Source of the DNA: Raillietiella orientalis
Lineage: Eukaryota
Assembly (NCBI GenBank): GCA_036172245.1
Contig: JAYWIR010000006.1
Span: forward strand, 5,704,001-5,768,000
Reading direction: 5' to 3'
Length of the DNA stretch: 64,000 nucleotides
Part shown: positions 1 to 11,400 of the stretch, in pieces
How positions within the stretch are numbered: position 1 is the stretch's first letter
How the letters are laid out: each line of letters starts with the position of its first letter
Translations under genes and position numbers: made by a program
Notes under the pieces: model-generated
The model's database searches: none
The model's input: only the letters and a program-made list of their open reading frames with translations
Told to the model about the DNA's origin: nothing

Positions 1-727
1 TTCGGGTGGGCGAGCGCTGCCCCGCCAGCGCCGCCTGCGGCAGCTCACCCCCAGGTCACTCCATGGCGTTTCCTGTGCACCTCTTCTGCCAGGGACCGCC
101 TCCTGCTCTTCCCGCGAACGACCGTGAGGCGTTATCTTTCGGAAGGTCGGAGGGAGGGGGCGCGGACAAGCGGTCCACCCTCTCCCGGAAGGGAGGGCGT
201 CCTCCTTCCCTGCGCCGCTAGCGGGCCTCCAGGCAGGGGTGCAGTGCAGGGGCCACACGGGAGAGGGGGGGTTCACATGCGACTGTACACCGCCTTCCCG
301 GCTGGCTTGCCTCCTGTGTGTGGGGTGTCTCCCGGACGTCACGTTTCCTGGTCCGAAGGCGCCTGCGGCCACGGCGCACCCGTGCTGCCGTACCGTGGGA
401 TTTCGGTGAACCGCAGCACGGGAAGGGGAGCAGCCGGCCGGCGGAGACGGACACCCCCCGTCCTCCGTGCCGCCCCTGTGCCACCCCGAATGGATCGCAG
501 CGCTCCTTGCGTTGCCGCGCCGCGCCCGCCCGCTCGCTTTGTCATCTCCGGCGGCGCGGCGGCGCCGTCTCGAGCGACTGCGTCCCGGGAAAGGCGCGAG
601 CGAAGCACCTGGCAACCGTGACACCCCCGCGCAGAGCGTCTCCCGGTGGAAAGAAGCCGCTGGGGTGATTCATGGCCCCAACTCCCTTCTTCGCGGTTCC
701 GGGAACGCAACCGCGCGGTCCCATACG

Positions 728-1950
728 TTATCCCGGAACAAACATTAAAATCCCATAAAACCCATTAACCTGCCTCTCCCCTTCCTTCCCCATCCCCCGC
801 CCCTTCACCAGCGCGCGCGCGTGATGCCGCCGACCTCCTCCGCTGCTGCCTCCGAGGTCCAAAGACGCGCAGTGCGCGCATCCGTCCGCCCGCGGTGTTG
901 CTGAGGCCGCGACAGACCCCGGAGCTTCGACCATTCCTGGCGTCCTTGGCCGACTTCGGAGAGCGCCCCTTTGTCGGCTGTCTGCCGCGGCCCACGGGCG
1001 AATGCCGGCCGCCAGCCATCCGTCCCCGCGGAGTGTTCGCCCCCACGAGGGGCACTCCTTTGGGGAGCGCCTTTCCTCAAAGGAACGCGACTCGGCCGCA
1101 GCACGGTGGCTGGCGCCGTCGCTCCTCTCCGCCCAGGTGCCAGCGAGCTCCGATTGCAGGAATGACGGAGGCGCACGCGTCCGCAGGAGCAGGGAAGGAA
1201 CACATCTCATCTTCTCCCCCTTCCCTGTTGGGGGCGTCCCGGAAAGGCGTTGGTGTCCTCCAACCCCTGACCTTCCTCTTCCTGCCTGGGACGCCTCCCT
1301 CCAAGAGGACCGGCCGCTCCCGAAGGTCGGCCTGCACGCGCGCGCGGAACTGGAATTCCCGGAAGCAGAGTGCGTCACCCGGGAAATCGTTCCTTCCCGT
1401 CGAGCTCCTGGCCGACTCCCACGCAGCAGCGCATTCCACCTAACTGGAGGTGGGTCCGCGGCTCCCGAGATTGCAGAAAGGGGGGCAGTTGCTGCCTCCG
1501 TGGGAAGGTCCTCCTTCCTCCTCGCTGGGGGGCCTTGCGACATTTTCCTGCAGACGGGAGGGGACGTTGGAGCTGCACTTTGACGAGGAGCCACCCTCTG
1601 CACCCCCCTTTCGCTGGCCCTCAGAACGCGCGCACAGATCCCGGTTTTCCAAGCTGCAGCAGGCGGGCTTCCGCCTTCCACCCCCACTTCCCTTCCCCTT
1701 CCTTCCTCTCTCTCCGCTTCCCGACTGGAGCTCCCTCTTTCGTGGGAGCGGGGAAGTGAAAACCTTCGGCGGAAGAGCGGGAGCTTCCACTTCCCCCTTC
1801 GCCTGCGCGCCGCCGATTCGAGGCGAACGTCCGACCGCCCACGGAGGGCGGGCGCGCGCCCCGGCGTCTGCTCCCGTTGGTTTGCGGCGCCGTCCTCGCC
1901 CGCCGGTTGGCTGGGGACGTTCCTTCCCCAGCGGGAGGTTTTCCCCCGCG
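728..1950 (-). mobile_element. ORF1-like + knuckle + USP-like relic (mostly in the open frame 728..2461)
   Basis: In order: WKTGICARVL, PVCRKMSQG, SDGASH, ECPSWG, GCAHC, RHHARALV, YGILMF*. Confidence 0.55.
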
Positions 1951-2219
1951 GGATGCTGGAGGCGGGCCGGCGGGGAAACCCCCAGCGAGAGGGCGCGGAA
2001 GGGGAAGCAGGGGAGAACGGGCTTCGCCTCGCGCTCGAGCATCCCGGCAGATCCACCTCATCGGCGGAGCGCCCTCTACCGGGACTCTTCCGCCTTGCAT
2101 GGCCGGCGCTTCGAAGAGGCAACCATCGGCGGCCGCACGGAAACCCGACGCCTCCACGCCAAATGGGTAAGGACCGGTATTCTCCCCTTTGCTTTTCGCT
2201 TGGACGCGGGATGGGCGAG

Positions 2220-2990
2220 TGTGATGGTGGGTCTTCCGCGCTCCTGGGTGGGTCCGGTGGGACGCCTGTAAGAGTCGTGGATTCCTGAAGCACCCCTCCC
2301 TCGCCTATCCCTTCTCTCCCCCCTCCCACCTCCCCACGAGAGAAACGAGAGAGCGGACTGCTCTTTCTCTGGATGCTCGACCCCGCAGAAGAGTCTCTCC
2401 CATCCGCTAGGAGGGACCGAGGGCATGGAAGCGAAAGACTTCTTCTCCCCTCTCGGACCATTCGAAGAAATGCCTCCGGGGGTGCTGATCTCGGGGAAAA
2501 AGGAACGATGGGGAAGAGGGGAGCGTGAACTCTGCCTGGAGACGCCGTCTGCTCTCCGTCCGGAGTATCATTTGGGTTTCGTCGACGTAGTGGCTACTCC
2601 TCATCATCATCCCTCGCCCTCCCCCCATCCCTTCGACCTCTTACAGGGGAGAGGCAGTAGGGTCCTTCCTCTCGTGAAATCCCGCCTCCATAGTCTGCGA
2701 AGAAGTCCCAGGAACATCCTCTCGCTTTGCGACGCGGCAGCGCCGTGCAGACCGATCCTCTTCCCGCGTGCTTGGCGGAACGGGGGCGTGCCGGTCAGCT
2801 CCTTTTCGTCTCTCCCTTCACGCCTCCGGAAGGGTCTCCGAAAGGCGAGGAAGGGCTCAGGCATGTGCTCCCTCCTTGTCCTGCACCACCTGCATCCTTT
2901 CGGGGAGCGTCCATCGGAGCGAGCACTCGCCGATGCAATCGTCACGTGGTCTCCTGAATTCCTCATGCATGCTTCACGAATCAAGCGTGC
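2220..2990 (+). pseudogene. USP-like relic
   Basis: VGLP, EAKDFF, RRSPRNILSL, ILFPRAW, MCSLLVLHH, LADAIV in USP order. Confidence 0.4.
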
Positions 2991-3759
2991 CTGGCTCCCG
3001 ATTCGCGCGTGTGACGCCCGGGCAAACGAGTCGATCCATCCCTCCGAACATGGCCTGAAGTGGACATGGCCTGTGGCACGCTCGTGCGTGTAAGGCGTGC
3101 TGTGCTGCTGTGTCAAACCCATTGCTCTGCGTGAAATCCAATGATCCACGAAGACGCGACCACGAGCAACTAACTACACACACCCACACACACATACATA
3201 CTGCATCGAAATTTCGGTGCGCTCGCGCCACCGTCGCACCGAAAAATTGCAGCTTCCAGGCTGGACCATTGGTTCGTGCAGGTGTGTTTCCGGCACACGT
3301 GAAAAGGCACCAACCCTTCGACAGCCATGGAAACCGCGCGGCAACGTTCCATGCCGCTCGGCCCAGCCGCATTGTTTCGCAGTGCGACGCGTGCACATGT
3401 AAACATCCGTTGTCATGCCTACGTGTAGTTGCATTTAATTGCCAGTGTAAATACCGTTATGGGTAAATGAAAGTATTTGAAATGCCAAAGCGTGTGCATT
3501 TGTGCGGATCAAGAGGCACATACCTCTTCTCTGCATGCGCGTGATAAAACGTTCACGGAAGATTAGCACGTGTGAATTATGCGTTCCCATCCGCGTCCTG
3601 CAGTATTCGTGGTGTTCGCATCCATGAGCGGAGTGTGTGTGTGATGGAAATGCAGCCTCGCCTCCCGGAGGCTTCGAGGAATGGAATTCGGTATTCCTCG
3701 AAATGCGGCTGAATAGTTCTGAATGGCTTCAGATCGCATTAATGGAGGAAGGAAGAGCG

Positions 3760-4050
3760 TGAAGGATTATGAGGGCATCACCAGGAACGCGGATAGGAGA
3801 GAGGCAGCGATCTGGAGAAACTGGAGCGGAGGTTCTCACCATCCGAGCTCAAACGCAAGGACCGAAAAGGCACGCAGGGGGACTCCGTTCGGGAAGAGCT
3901 CAGGCGAGATCTGCACCACGATGCAGGTGATGAATCGGGCGATGGCGGAGACCCACGGCTTTTGTTCTTCGGGATCCCATCAGGGTGGCCAAGACGACGG
4001 TCTCGTCTTCGTCATCCTGATGAAACCCCAAGGAAGCGGGAATGTGAGCT
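3760..4050 (+). mobile_element. Possible CR1/L2-type LINE 3' ORF2 remnant
   Basis: DLEKLERRF and RRDL/TTMQVMN across a frameshift resemble the CR1/L2 C-terminal LE.VQRRF and RGDL..+++N motifs. Confidence 0.3.
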
Positions 4051-4589
4051 GCGGTGGGTAAGGGCGGAGCGAAATCAAGGGAGGAGAGGGGTGTCAGGGA
4101 GAGGATTTGGGATTGTTAGCTTGGCGTCACGGCTCGCATTCGGCTTTGCTCGGCCCCTGCTCGTTGAACCCGTGGCACCCACCCACACCTGACCACTCGG
4201 GTGTGTTTCACGGCGCGGCGCAGTTCTCGTGCGCGTGCGGAGGAGGTCGGTGGTGATTTCGGCTTACGAAAAGAAAGGTTAGACGCCGAGCGGTCACCGC
4301 ATGAAAAGTGCTCACCCACACGGGAGAAATCCCTTGCTCCCCGCCAACATCGGTGCAAAACAACCCCTGCGACCAAGTGCAACAACGGCGCCGATGGCGC
4401 CCGACGCGACGCGCGGACCGACGGCACGCGACTTCGGATGGCGGGCGCGGAGGGAGAATTCTCTTCTTGCGCGGCAATCAACGCGGCTTAACGCGTATTT
4501 TTACCTTTCCCCTCCCCCCCTCCCCCCCCCCGCGCGCGCACACACACGTTGGAACAAACACGGGTGAGTGTTTGCACTACTGAGTAAAT

Positions 4590-4712
4590 ATTGGCACCCC
4601 GCTCCTGGAAACAAAGCTGACATAGAAACGAATGGCCTCCTTGAAAGTAGCATGAAATTCTATTATGTCTTGTCAGGAGATTTCAACAGGGAGCACCTTT
4701 TGCCAAAATGGA
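4590..4712 (+). mobile_element. APE-endonuclease fragment of a LINE
   Basis: YYVLSGDFNREHLLPKW (GDFN..H...W motif). Confidence 0.45.
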
Positions 4713-5539
4713 CCTCTTCCCCTCTTCCCGTCTCCCGCTCATTGTTCGCGGGTTTCCCGAGGACTCTGCGTGCTCCCCGATTCGGGAATGTTTTCTGCAG
4801 TGATTTACTCAGATCGCCATCTGTCTCCATCTGTTCGGAAAGTTTCCGAACCGAGGCCCCCCATTCGCGATGGGATCTCACCCAATGGTAGAGAGGGAAT
4901 AGAAAATTTCCCGTCTGATCGAAAGCCGTCGTTCGCTGCCTCCGAAGTTCTTAAGAATGCGTGCGTTCTTGGATTTCCCAGAGAGGAAGATCTGCAATGG
5001 GTAAAACGCATCTCATCCCACCTTTTTTTTTTTTTTTCCAAAAAAGGTGGGGATGCTGCGTAGCTTCCTTTAGGTCCCTTCAGAAGATCGCAGGCCGCTC
5101 GTGATGGTCGCTGAAATGGTGATTGCTCAACAGTCATCAACTTGCTTCTGTCCTTAAGAGGATCATCCGTTCGTTGCCCGTGGATGCATTTCGGGGGAGG
5201 GGGAGGAGGGGGGGGGCATGCAACAAAACCCGCACACTTTGGTTTCGGACCAAAGCAAGAGGGGCAAGCAAAGCAGTTCGCCCTCGCGCGCCGTACTTGC
5301 TCCGTGCTGGTCCTCTCAGCTCCCGCGCGATCCCGGATCCTCCTTATCTCCAGCTGTGATTTACCGCCTCGGTCTCATGGCATTCAATCTTGCTTTTTTC
5401 TTCGCGCGTTCTTCCGATTACCGTCCGCTCTTTGCCTGTTAATGAAGCAATCAAACGTTCGCTAATGATGCAATCACACGTTGGTTAATTAAGCATCAAC
5501 GTGGAAAGAAAGGAAGCGCGTGCTATTAATAGATGCGAT

Positions 5540-6620
5540 CGATACGCGGCGACAATCGGATCTTCGGCGGCCCGGCAAGATGGCTGTCTGTGATACGATT
5601 CTGGCGCTCGTTCGAAAGCACACGAGAGTACCCTCTCCGGGCGATGTAGGAGGAGGGGAAAGGAGAAAATGAGGGAATAGGTTCCCGAACGCTCCCCATC
5701 CTGCAGGAATCGGAAATGGCGAGGCGCCGTCTCGCGCACCGGAACACGTGGAAAGGAACCTGTTGTCACGGTCCCGGAGGTAAGTCGTGCAGCGACCGGC
5801 CATTTTGGCTGGGAACTCTCTCGATCGACTTCGCTTCGGGAATCTCCTTGCCGCGGGCGCCGGTCGAACTTTCAATCCAGTACTCAGCCCTGGAAGCAAC
5901 AGCGAAGCGAAGGGGACGGACGACGGGAGCACCGGAGATTCCTCGCTTCCCGCCCAGGATAACCTTCTGAGGTGCCGTCGGCTCTGCTGTCCGCTGCGCA
6001 TCCTCGGCGGGCTTTCCCTAGAACGGTCACTGCCCACACCATCCGGACTCTTCCATCCATTTCCCCCTCCCCCGCCTCCTATTTCGTTGTGCAGAAAACT
6101 GCGCTCGTTGACAAGATGGATCCTTGCACAGTGTACGAAGCCCGCCGTGTACCTACTGGTGCTCCAGGGGACGACTCGGGATGCAAGACGCGCGCCCACA
6201 TGATGTCTGCTGCAAGACGAGAAGAACTCCTTTCTCCCGCTCGTGACAAGCAAGGAAGAAAGGATTGTGCGACCTTGGCCTCACGCCTCCGAAACCCGAC
6301 CTCTCTCCCCGCCCTCGCCTGCGAGGCTCGCCTCAGTGACCGGAAGGCTGCCCCGAGCGCCCGCACTCAGCCAGGGGAGGAGCGGGGAGAAGCGCGGAGT
6401 GCCGCCGGCAGCACGCGGCAGAGCGCGCCAACGGGGCAACCGCGGGAAAACCTCCGGCCGCGACCTGCTGGCTCCGGAAAGGCTGGCGCTTCGCTAGCGG
6501 GCCTTGCTTCAAAGCCTTCGTGCTCGAGCTTGCGTGGATATTTCCCCCGCCAGACTGGGAGCCTCAGACGAGCTCGCTCCGAAAGGATGCTGGGAGAAGG
6601 GGTCTGCGCGTCCGCCTTTC
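5540..6620 (-). mobile_element. ORF1-like + knuckle + USP-like relic
   Basis: YPRKLEHEGF, LCRV..RH, VGFRRREAKVAQSFLPCLS (Cys-box shape), FVHCAR, SYIARRGY, RITDSHL. Confidence 0.45.
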
Positions 6621-7949
6621 GGCTCGGTCTTTCCCTTCCCCCCATCCTCCTTCCCCCGTTGCCGCCTGGCGCGACTACTCCCTCAGGCGTGCGTCCTCGC
6701 CACGACCAACCCGCACCCGCGCTCTCCGTGCGCGGTCTGTAGGTGTCAGCGGAACCCATCCGGGGTCGAACGGGGAAGGACTCCGCCTCAGGTGCCTTTT
6801 ACTTGTCCTCCCGGGATCATCCCCGAAGTCGGGCGAGGGGAAGGAGGGAGGAGGGGGGGGGCAGTTCGCGGATACCTGAGCGATAGACTCCGGGATCGCC
6901 ACGCCTGCGTCTTGGAACGCGTGCATGATTTTTTCCTGGGGTCCTGCGGGGAGAGTCCCGCCCGCCCCCCCGAATCTTCGCCCCAGCGGATGTGCAAGGG
7001 CCCCACGGAAATGGGAGTCGCCTTTGAAAGGCGCAGATACAAAAAAGAAGAAGAAGAGGAAGAAAGGGGTGCGCGAATATCGGTAGCAGAGGAACGTGCG
7101 TTCCGGAAGGAGTCCACGGCAGAGAGAGAGCTTCTGTCGCGCTCACCAGCTGCCATGAGGAAGTTCGGCTGCGTGTCTTTTGCTAAATCGCGCAAGAGAG
7201 TGAAGGAGCGCACTGCTGCTGCTGCTGCCCGCTGCGATTTCCCGCCAGACGCCCAAGATGCTGCCGGGCCTCATCGGGCGGTCGGCAGCGCGCTTGGGCC
7301 GGTGTGTGTGTGTTTGGACCGCGCACGCGCACACGCACCGACCCGAGCGCGCTGCCGACCGCTTCCCTTCTCAAAATGGCTGCCCGTCGTGAGTGCCACC
7401 CGCGCGGTAAAAAAACAAAAAGGAAAAAAAAAAAGAAAGAAAGGTTGTGCAGTTGCCACGCATCCCGTATGACTGATCGATGGGACGGCCACCGTGCTCC
7501 GTCTTCGTTTATGTAGCCAACCATACGGTGTACATGGATGATAAATACATTGTAATTTCCGAAGCGGCGGCGGCGCATTTTCTCTCGCGGCAGAAGGGAG
7601 CAGCGGCGCTTCCTTTCCGAATCCGAAACTGCGAGGTGCAGCGGGGTGTAATTGGCATTTTCGTTCGAGGCTGGTCCATGCGACGCGCGCGCAGCTCTCC
7701 GCGGTCAACGCTATCCGATTACAATCCGGTGTGAGCAGCAGGTGTACAACGCAATGCACCTCCCGGCCTCTCGGGCGACCCTGCGTACGGCCCCGGCGTC
7801 CCCGTCGGTAGCTGTGGCTGTGCGGCAGCTGCTGTTGGCCACCACCGCGCGAGGGCTCGCGTCGTCTCGCGGAAGGAGGGAAAACGAAAGCGGCAGCAGC
7901 AGGAAGAATGGAGGTTCCTCCCGCACGCGGATTCGGAACGCGGGGAACA

Positions 7950-8300
7950 TCGGACCTGGGTGTCCCGAATGGGGGTGCCTCGCCCCTTTTCAAGCGTCCC
8001 CGGTGCACGGCGAGCGATCGCTTTCCCGGCGACCTTTTGGGAACCGCCAGCAGAAGAACAAATACCATCCGACTGGAAAGGGCAGCTCCGGAAATCGAAG
8101 AGTTGCGAACCGCGAATCAGGAAGGCAGACACGATGCTCCAAAGATCCCCCTGACAACCGGGTTGCGGATATGCGGCACCCGCAGTCCGCTGCATCAAGG
8201 AAGAGGAGTGCACCGAGGTCACGACGTGGCCGACAAACAACCCGGGCCCGCGTCGGTGGCCCCGAGTGGCTGCGACCTCCACGCGCGGCACGGACAGGCG
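7950..8300 (+). pseudogene. USP-like relic (N-terminal half)
   Basis: LGVPNGGAS, GRHDAPKI, RICGT. Confidence 0.4.
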
Positions 8301-9508
8301 TGGCAGGTTCGAATCCCGCCCGGAGGGGAGGAAGGGTCGGCGCTGAGAACGAGGGGCACGTCGATTGGCTGCCGATTCCTTCCCCCCCTCCCCCCCCCCC
8401 CACGAGCAAGATGACACGCTGGCACTCCCGGGTTCCGCTCGTGTGTAGAACAAAGTACATCCCTCTTCCACGGAATACGCGGGTAGAGCGTGTAGAGCGG
8501 GGGTGGGCGGGTGCGTGTCGAGAAGCGCCGGAAGTCGGGCACCTTTGCTGGATGCCTCGGGCTTTCTTCTTCTTCGCGTTCAGCCCTCCGAGCCCCTTCC
8601 ATCCGCGGAGGGTGGCGGCTCTCCGCCGTCTCGAAAGAAAAGGAAAAAGAAAGCGGAAAGTGGAGACTTGGTGCGCCTCCGCCTCTACGGCAAGCTGTTT
8701 CACGACCCAGCCCCACCCGGGCAAGAGGTGGGCCCCGGCGCCGCCTCGCTCGGAGCTGCCCTTCGCCTGCCCCTCCGCGCGTGCTGGCCCGTCGCGCGGC
8801 TGACACCCCGGACACGCAGACGCACTTCCCACCTCGGTCGCCCGTTCCTTGGAACCCACTCGGGCTCGGGGAGGTTCCTGCAGTCAAGACGGGAAAGAAA
8901 CGAGTCGCGCCAGCATCCCATTCTCTGCACCCTGCACCAAACTGTTCGAAACCCCTGCGGATGGATCCACACGGAAATTCTTTTTTTTTTTCTTTTTCTT
9001 TTTTTTTTTCGAATTTTCGTTCCGCGTGCATTTATTTCACCGTGGTCAGGATAAAAAGCTCCGGAGTTTCTTTGTGCCTGAGAGTCATTTCGGGATTGGA
9101 GGGAGGGGGGGGGGAGGAAAAAAAGCATCTCGTATCCGTATTACTAATTTATCTCCATAAATTAATCTGGAGGAAAGGCGGAGGGTGTCCCGAAATAATT
9201 CTGAACTGCGTTCTAACGAATATCATGTTTGCCGTCCGACTTAACGAAGAGTAGATAATTTAAGAAAACAAAGAGAAACCTGAGAATTTTGCGGCCTTGT
9301 TAACGGAAATTCGTATAACCATTTTTTTTTTTTTTTTCACATCTGCATCTCGTCTAGGAAATAATGTGGCTTGCAGTAGCCCATGTGGGAGTGGCCATCG
9401 GATAGTAGTGGCAGCTGGATAAGTCGCTCCACGTTCGCGGAGAGATGAATTACGGAAGTCGGCGGTAATGAAGGCGGGCAGTGGCTTTTCCTGCGGAGGG
9501 AAGGAGGC

Positions 9509-9604
9509 GCAGCAGCAGCAGCAGCAGCAGCCCTTTGAGCACGGAGGACGCTGATCTTTGATTTCTTGTCGCCGGCTCCTCGCTGCTGCTGCTGCTGCTG
9601 CTGC
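9509..9604. repeat. (GCA)7 and (GCT)7 tracts in inverted arrangement
   Basis: (GCA)n at 9509-9531 and (GCT)n at 9582-9604. Confidence 0.85.
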
Positions 9605-10465
9605 ATGCAGGCACGCGCGCGCGCGCGTGCTCACCGCACGGAGGGGTGAGGGTGGGGTGGGGTGGGGGTGGAGGGAAGCAGATGCACATCTGCTTCCTAC
9701 GGCCGTGATAAAGTAGAAGCGAAAATAAAATCCGCGCTGAGAGGTGCACACGACGGCGGACCTGTTGCCAACGCAGCGACGGTCCTCTTTTTTTTTTTTT
9801 TTTCTCGTCTCTGCCCGTGAGACCGTCTGCCTTTTTCATCAGCGCCCGAGCGCTCCCCAGCCAATAATCGGGAGCGCCGGGAAGGGACTTGTTTTCCCGG
9901 ATTGCGCGCCCCCATTTTTCAATCGACGGCAGGAGCCACTAACGACCACGGAATCTCCTACCTTTCTCGGGAGAGCAAACCTCCGCCTGGAACACCAACA
10001 AATCACGCCACCGTGTCACCCTGCCAGCCGCTCGGTCGTTTGGCGAGAGCGCCCCGACGCGAACTCCGTTTCCCATGGAAACGGGGAGGGCTCGCCCGGG
10101 ACAGAGGCTTCCATTGTTGCCGGGGCGCGCCCGCGCGCTCTCCCCCCCCCCCCCTTCCTCCTTCCTCCTTCCCTCTCTCTCTTTCTCTCTCTCTCTCTCC
10201 CTCGCACTCTTCGCGCGCGTTCCGCCGGCAGCGCGCGCGTCGACAAACGCCAACAATCGCCGATGCGGAAAGTGAAAACGCGGCGCTCAAAGGAGCGCGG
10301 ACGGAGTTTCGCTTTCGCACGCGCTCGCGGGAGCGCGCGGAGGGAGCGCACGCGCCCTCCGTGGAGGCTCCCTTTTTTCTTTTTTTTGCGCTCTCTCTGT
10401 TTCTCCCTCTCTTTTCCTGCGCCGTCTTCCGATGCAGTTGCACGTGCGTATGCACTCACGCACGC

Positions 10466-10485
10466 ACGCGCACGTGCGTGCGTGC

Positions 10486-10518
<33 letters not shown>
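10466..10518. repeat. Compound microsatellite (GCGT)n-(GT)n-(AT)n
   Basis: Seen directly. Confidence 0.9.
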
Positions 10519-10519
<1 letters not shown>

Positions 10520-10699
10520 TTATCTCCGTGAGCCTCACGTGTGTCCTCACGTCGGAAAGACAAATTCGCCTTCATAATTCGACCGTTGAAATCGAGGAGG
10601 AGGGAAAACAAAGGAAAAAAAAAAGGAACCGAGCGCATGCCAAACGAAGTTTTCTTCGCAACAACGGAACGGGATCGTTCCCGAGGGCGCCTTAGCAAC

Positions 10700-11400
10700 G
10701 AGGCGTGCGGGGGAACGCGTAAGGTTGAGGCGCGGGCTTGGCGGACTCCTTTCCTCCCTCCTCGCACCCCCTTTCCGTCCAGTCCCATGGCGCGCCGCAC
10801 CCGGGGAAGCTCGCGAGCCGCCTCTCAGGGTCGAAGCGAAGGAGACGACCCCTTCCCCCTCCTCTTCCTCGAGGTCATCGCGCGGGAGAAGCGACCGGCC
10901 CGTCAGCCGCCCGCTCGGAGACGAAGGGAGCTCCCGGAAGCTGGGAAGAGGCCGCCGTCCTCGTGCCGGAGGTCCGCGCATGCGCCGCGATCCGGGGCGG
11001 CAGGGGAATAGGGGGGGGGGGGAGGGAACTCAGCCCCTCGCCGCCTCCTGCCGCGACGATTTCCTTCACCGCCACCGCTGCCCGCGGTTCGGCTTTCGCC
11101 CCCGCCCCTCTCCCATTCACTTCCTCCCGAGAAGCCGACCTGGGGTTACCGGACTCGCTCCCTGAGACGCGTCGGTCAGCCAGGCGGACGGAGAGGAAGA
11201 AGGAGGAGGACGCGCGTGGCAGCCTCCCGGTAAGCGTTCGCCGCTCCCAGAAGTTGGCGTGTCCCGAAAAGGTGACGAAGGAGTTGGGACAGTCGCCAAG
11301 AGCCTGGCATGGCGGCGGGGCCCACACAAGGAGACCTCCCGCCTGTGCTCGACCCACCTCGTCGATAGCATTCCCCTGGCGACCGGAGACCCCCGCGTCC
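10700..11400 (-). pseudogene. USP-like relic
   Basis: GGLRSPGECY, then CQALGDCP, then LTDASQ. Confidence 0.45.
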
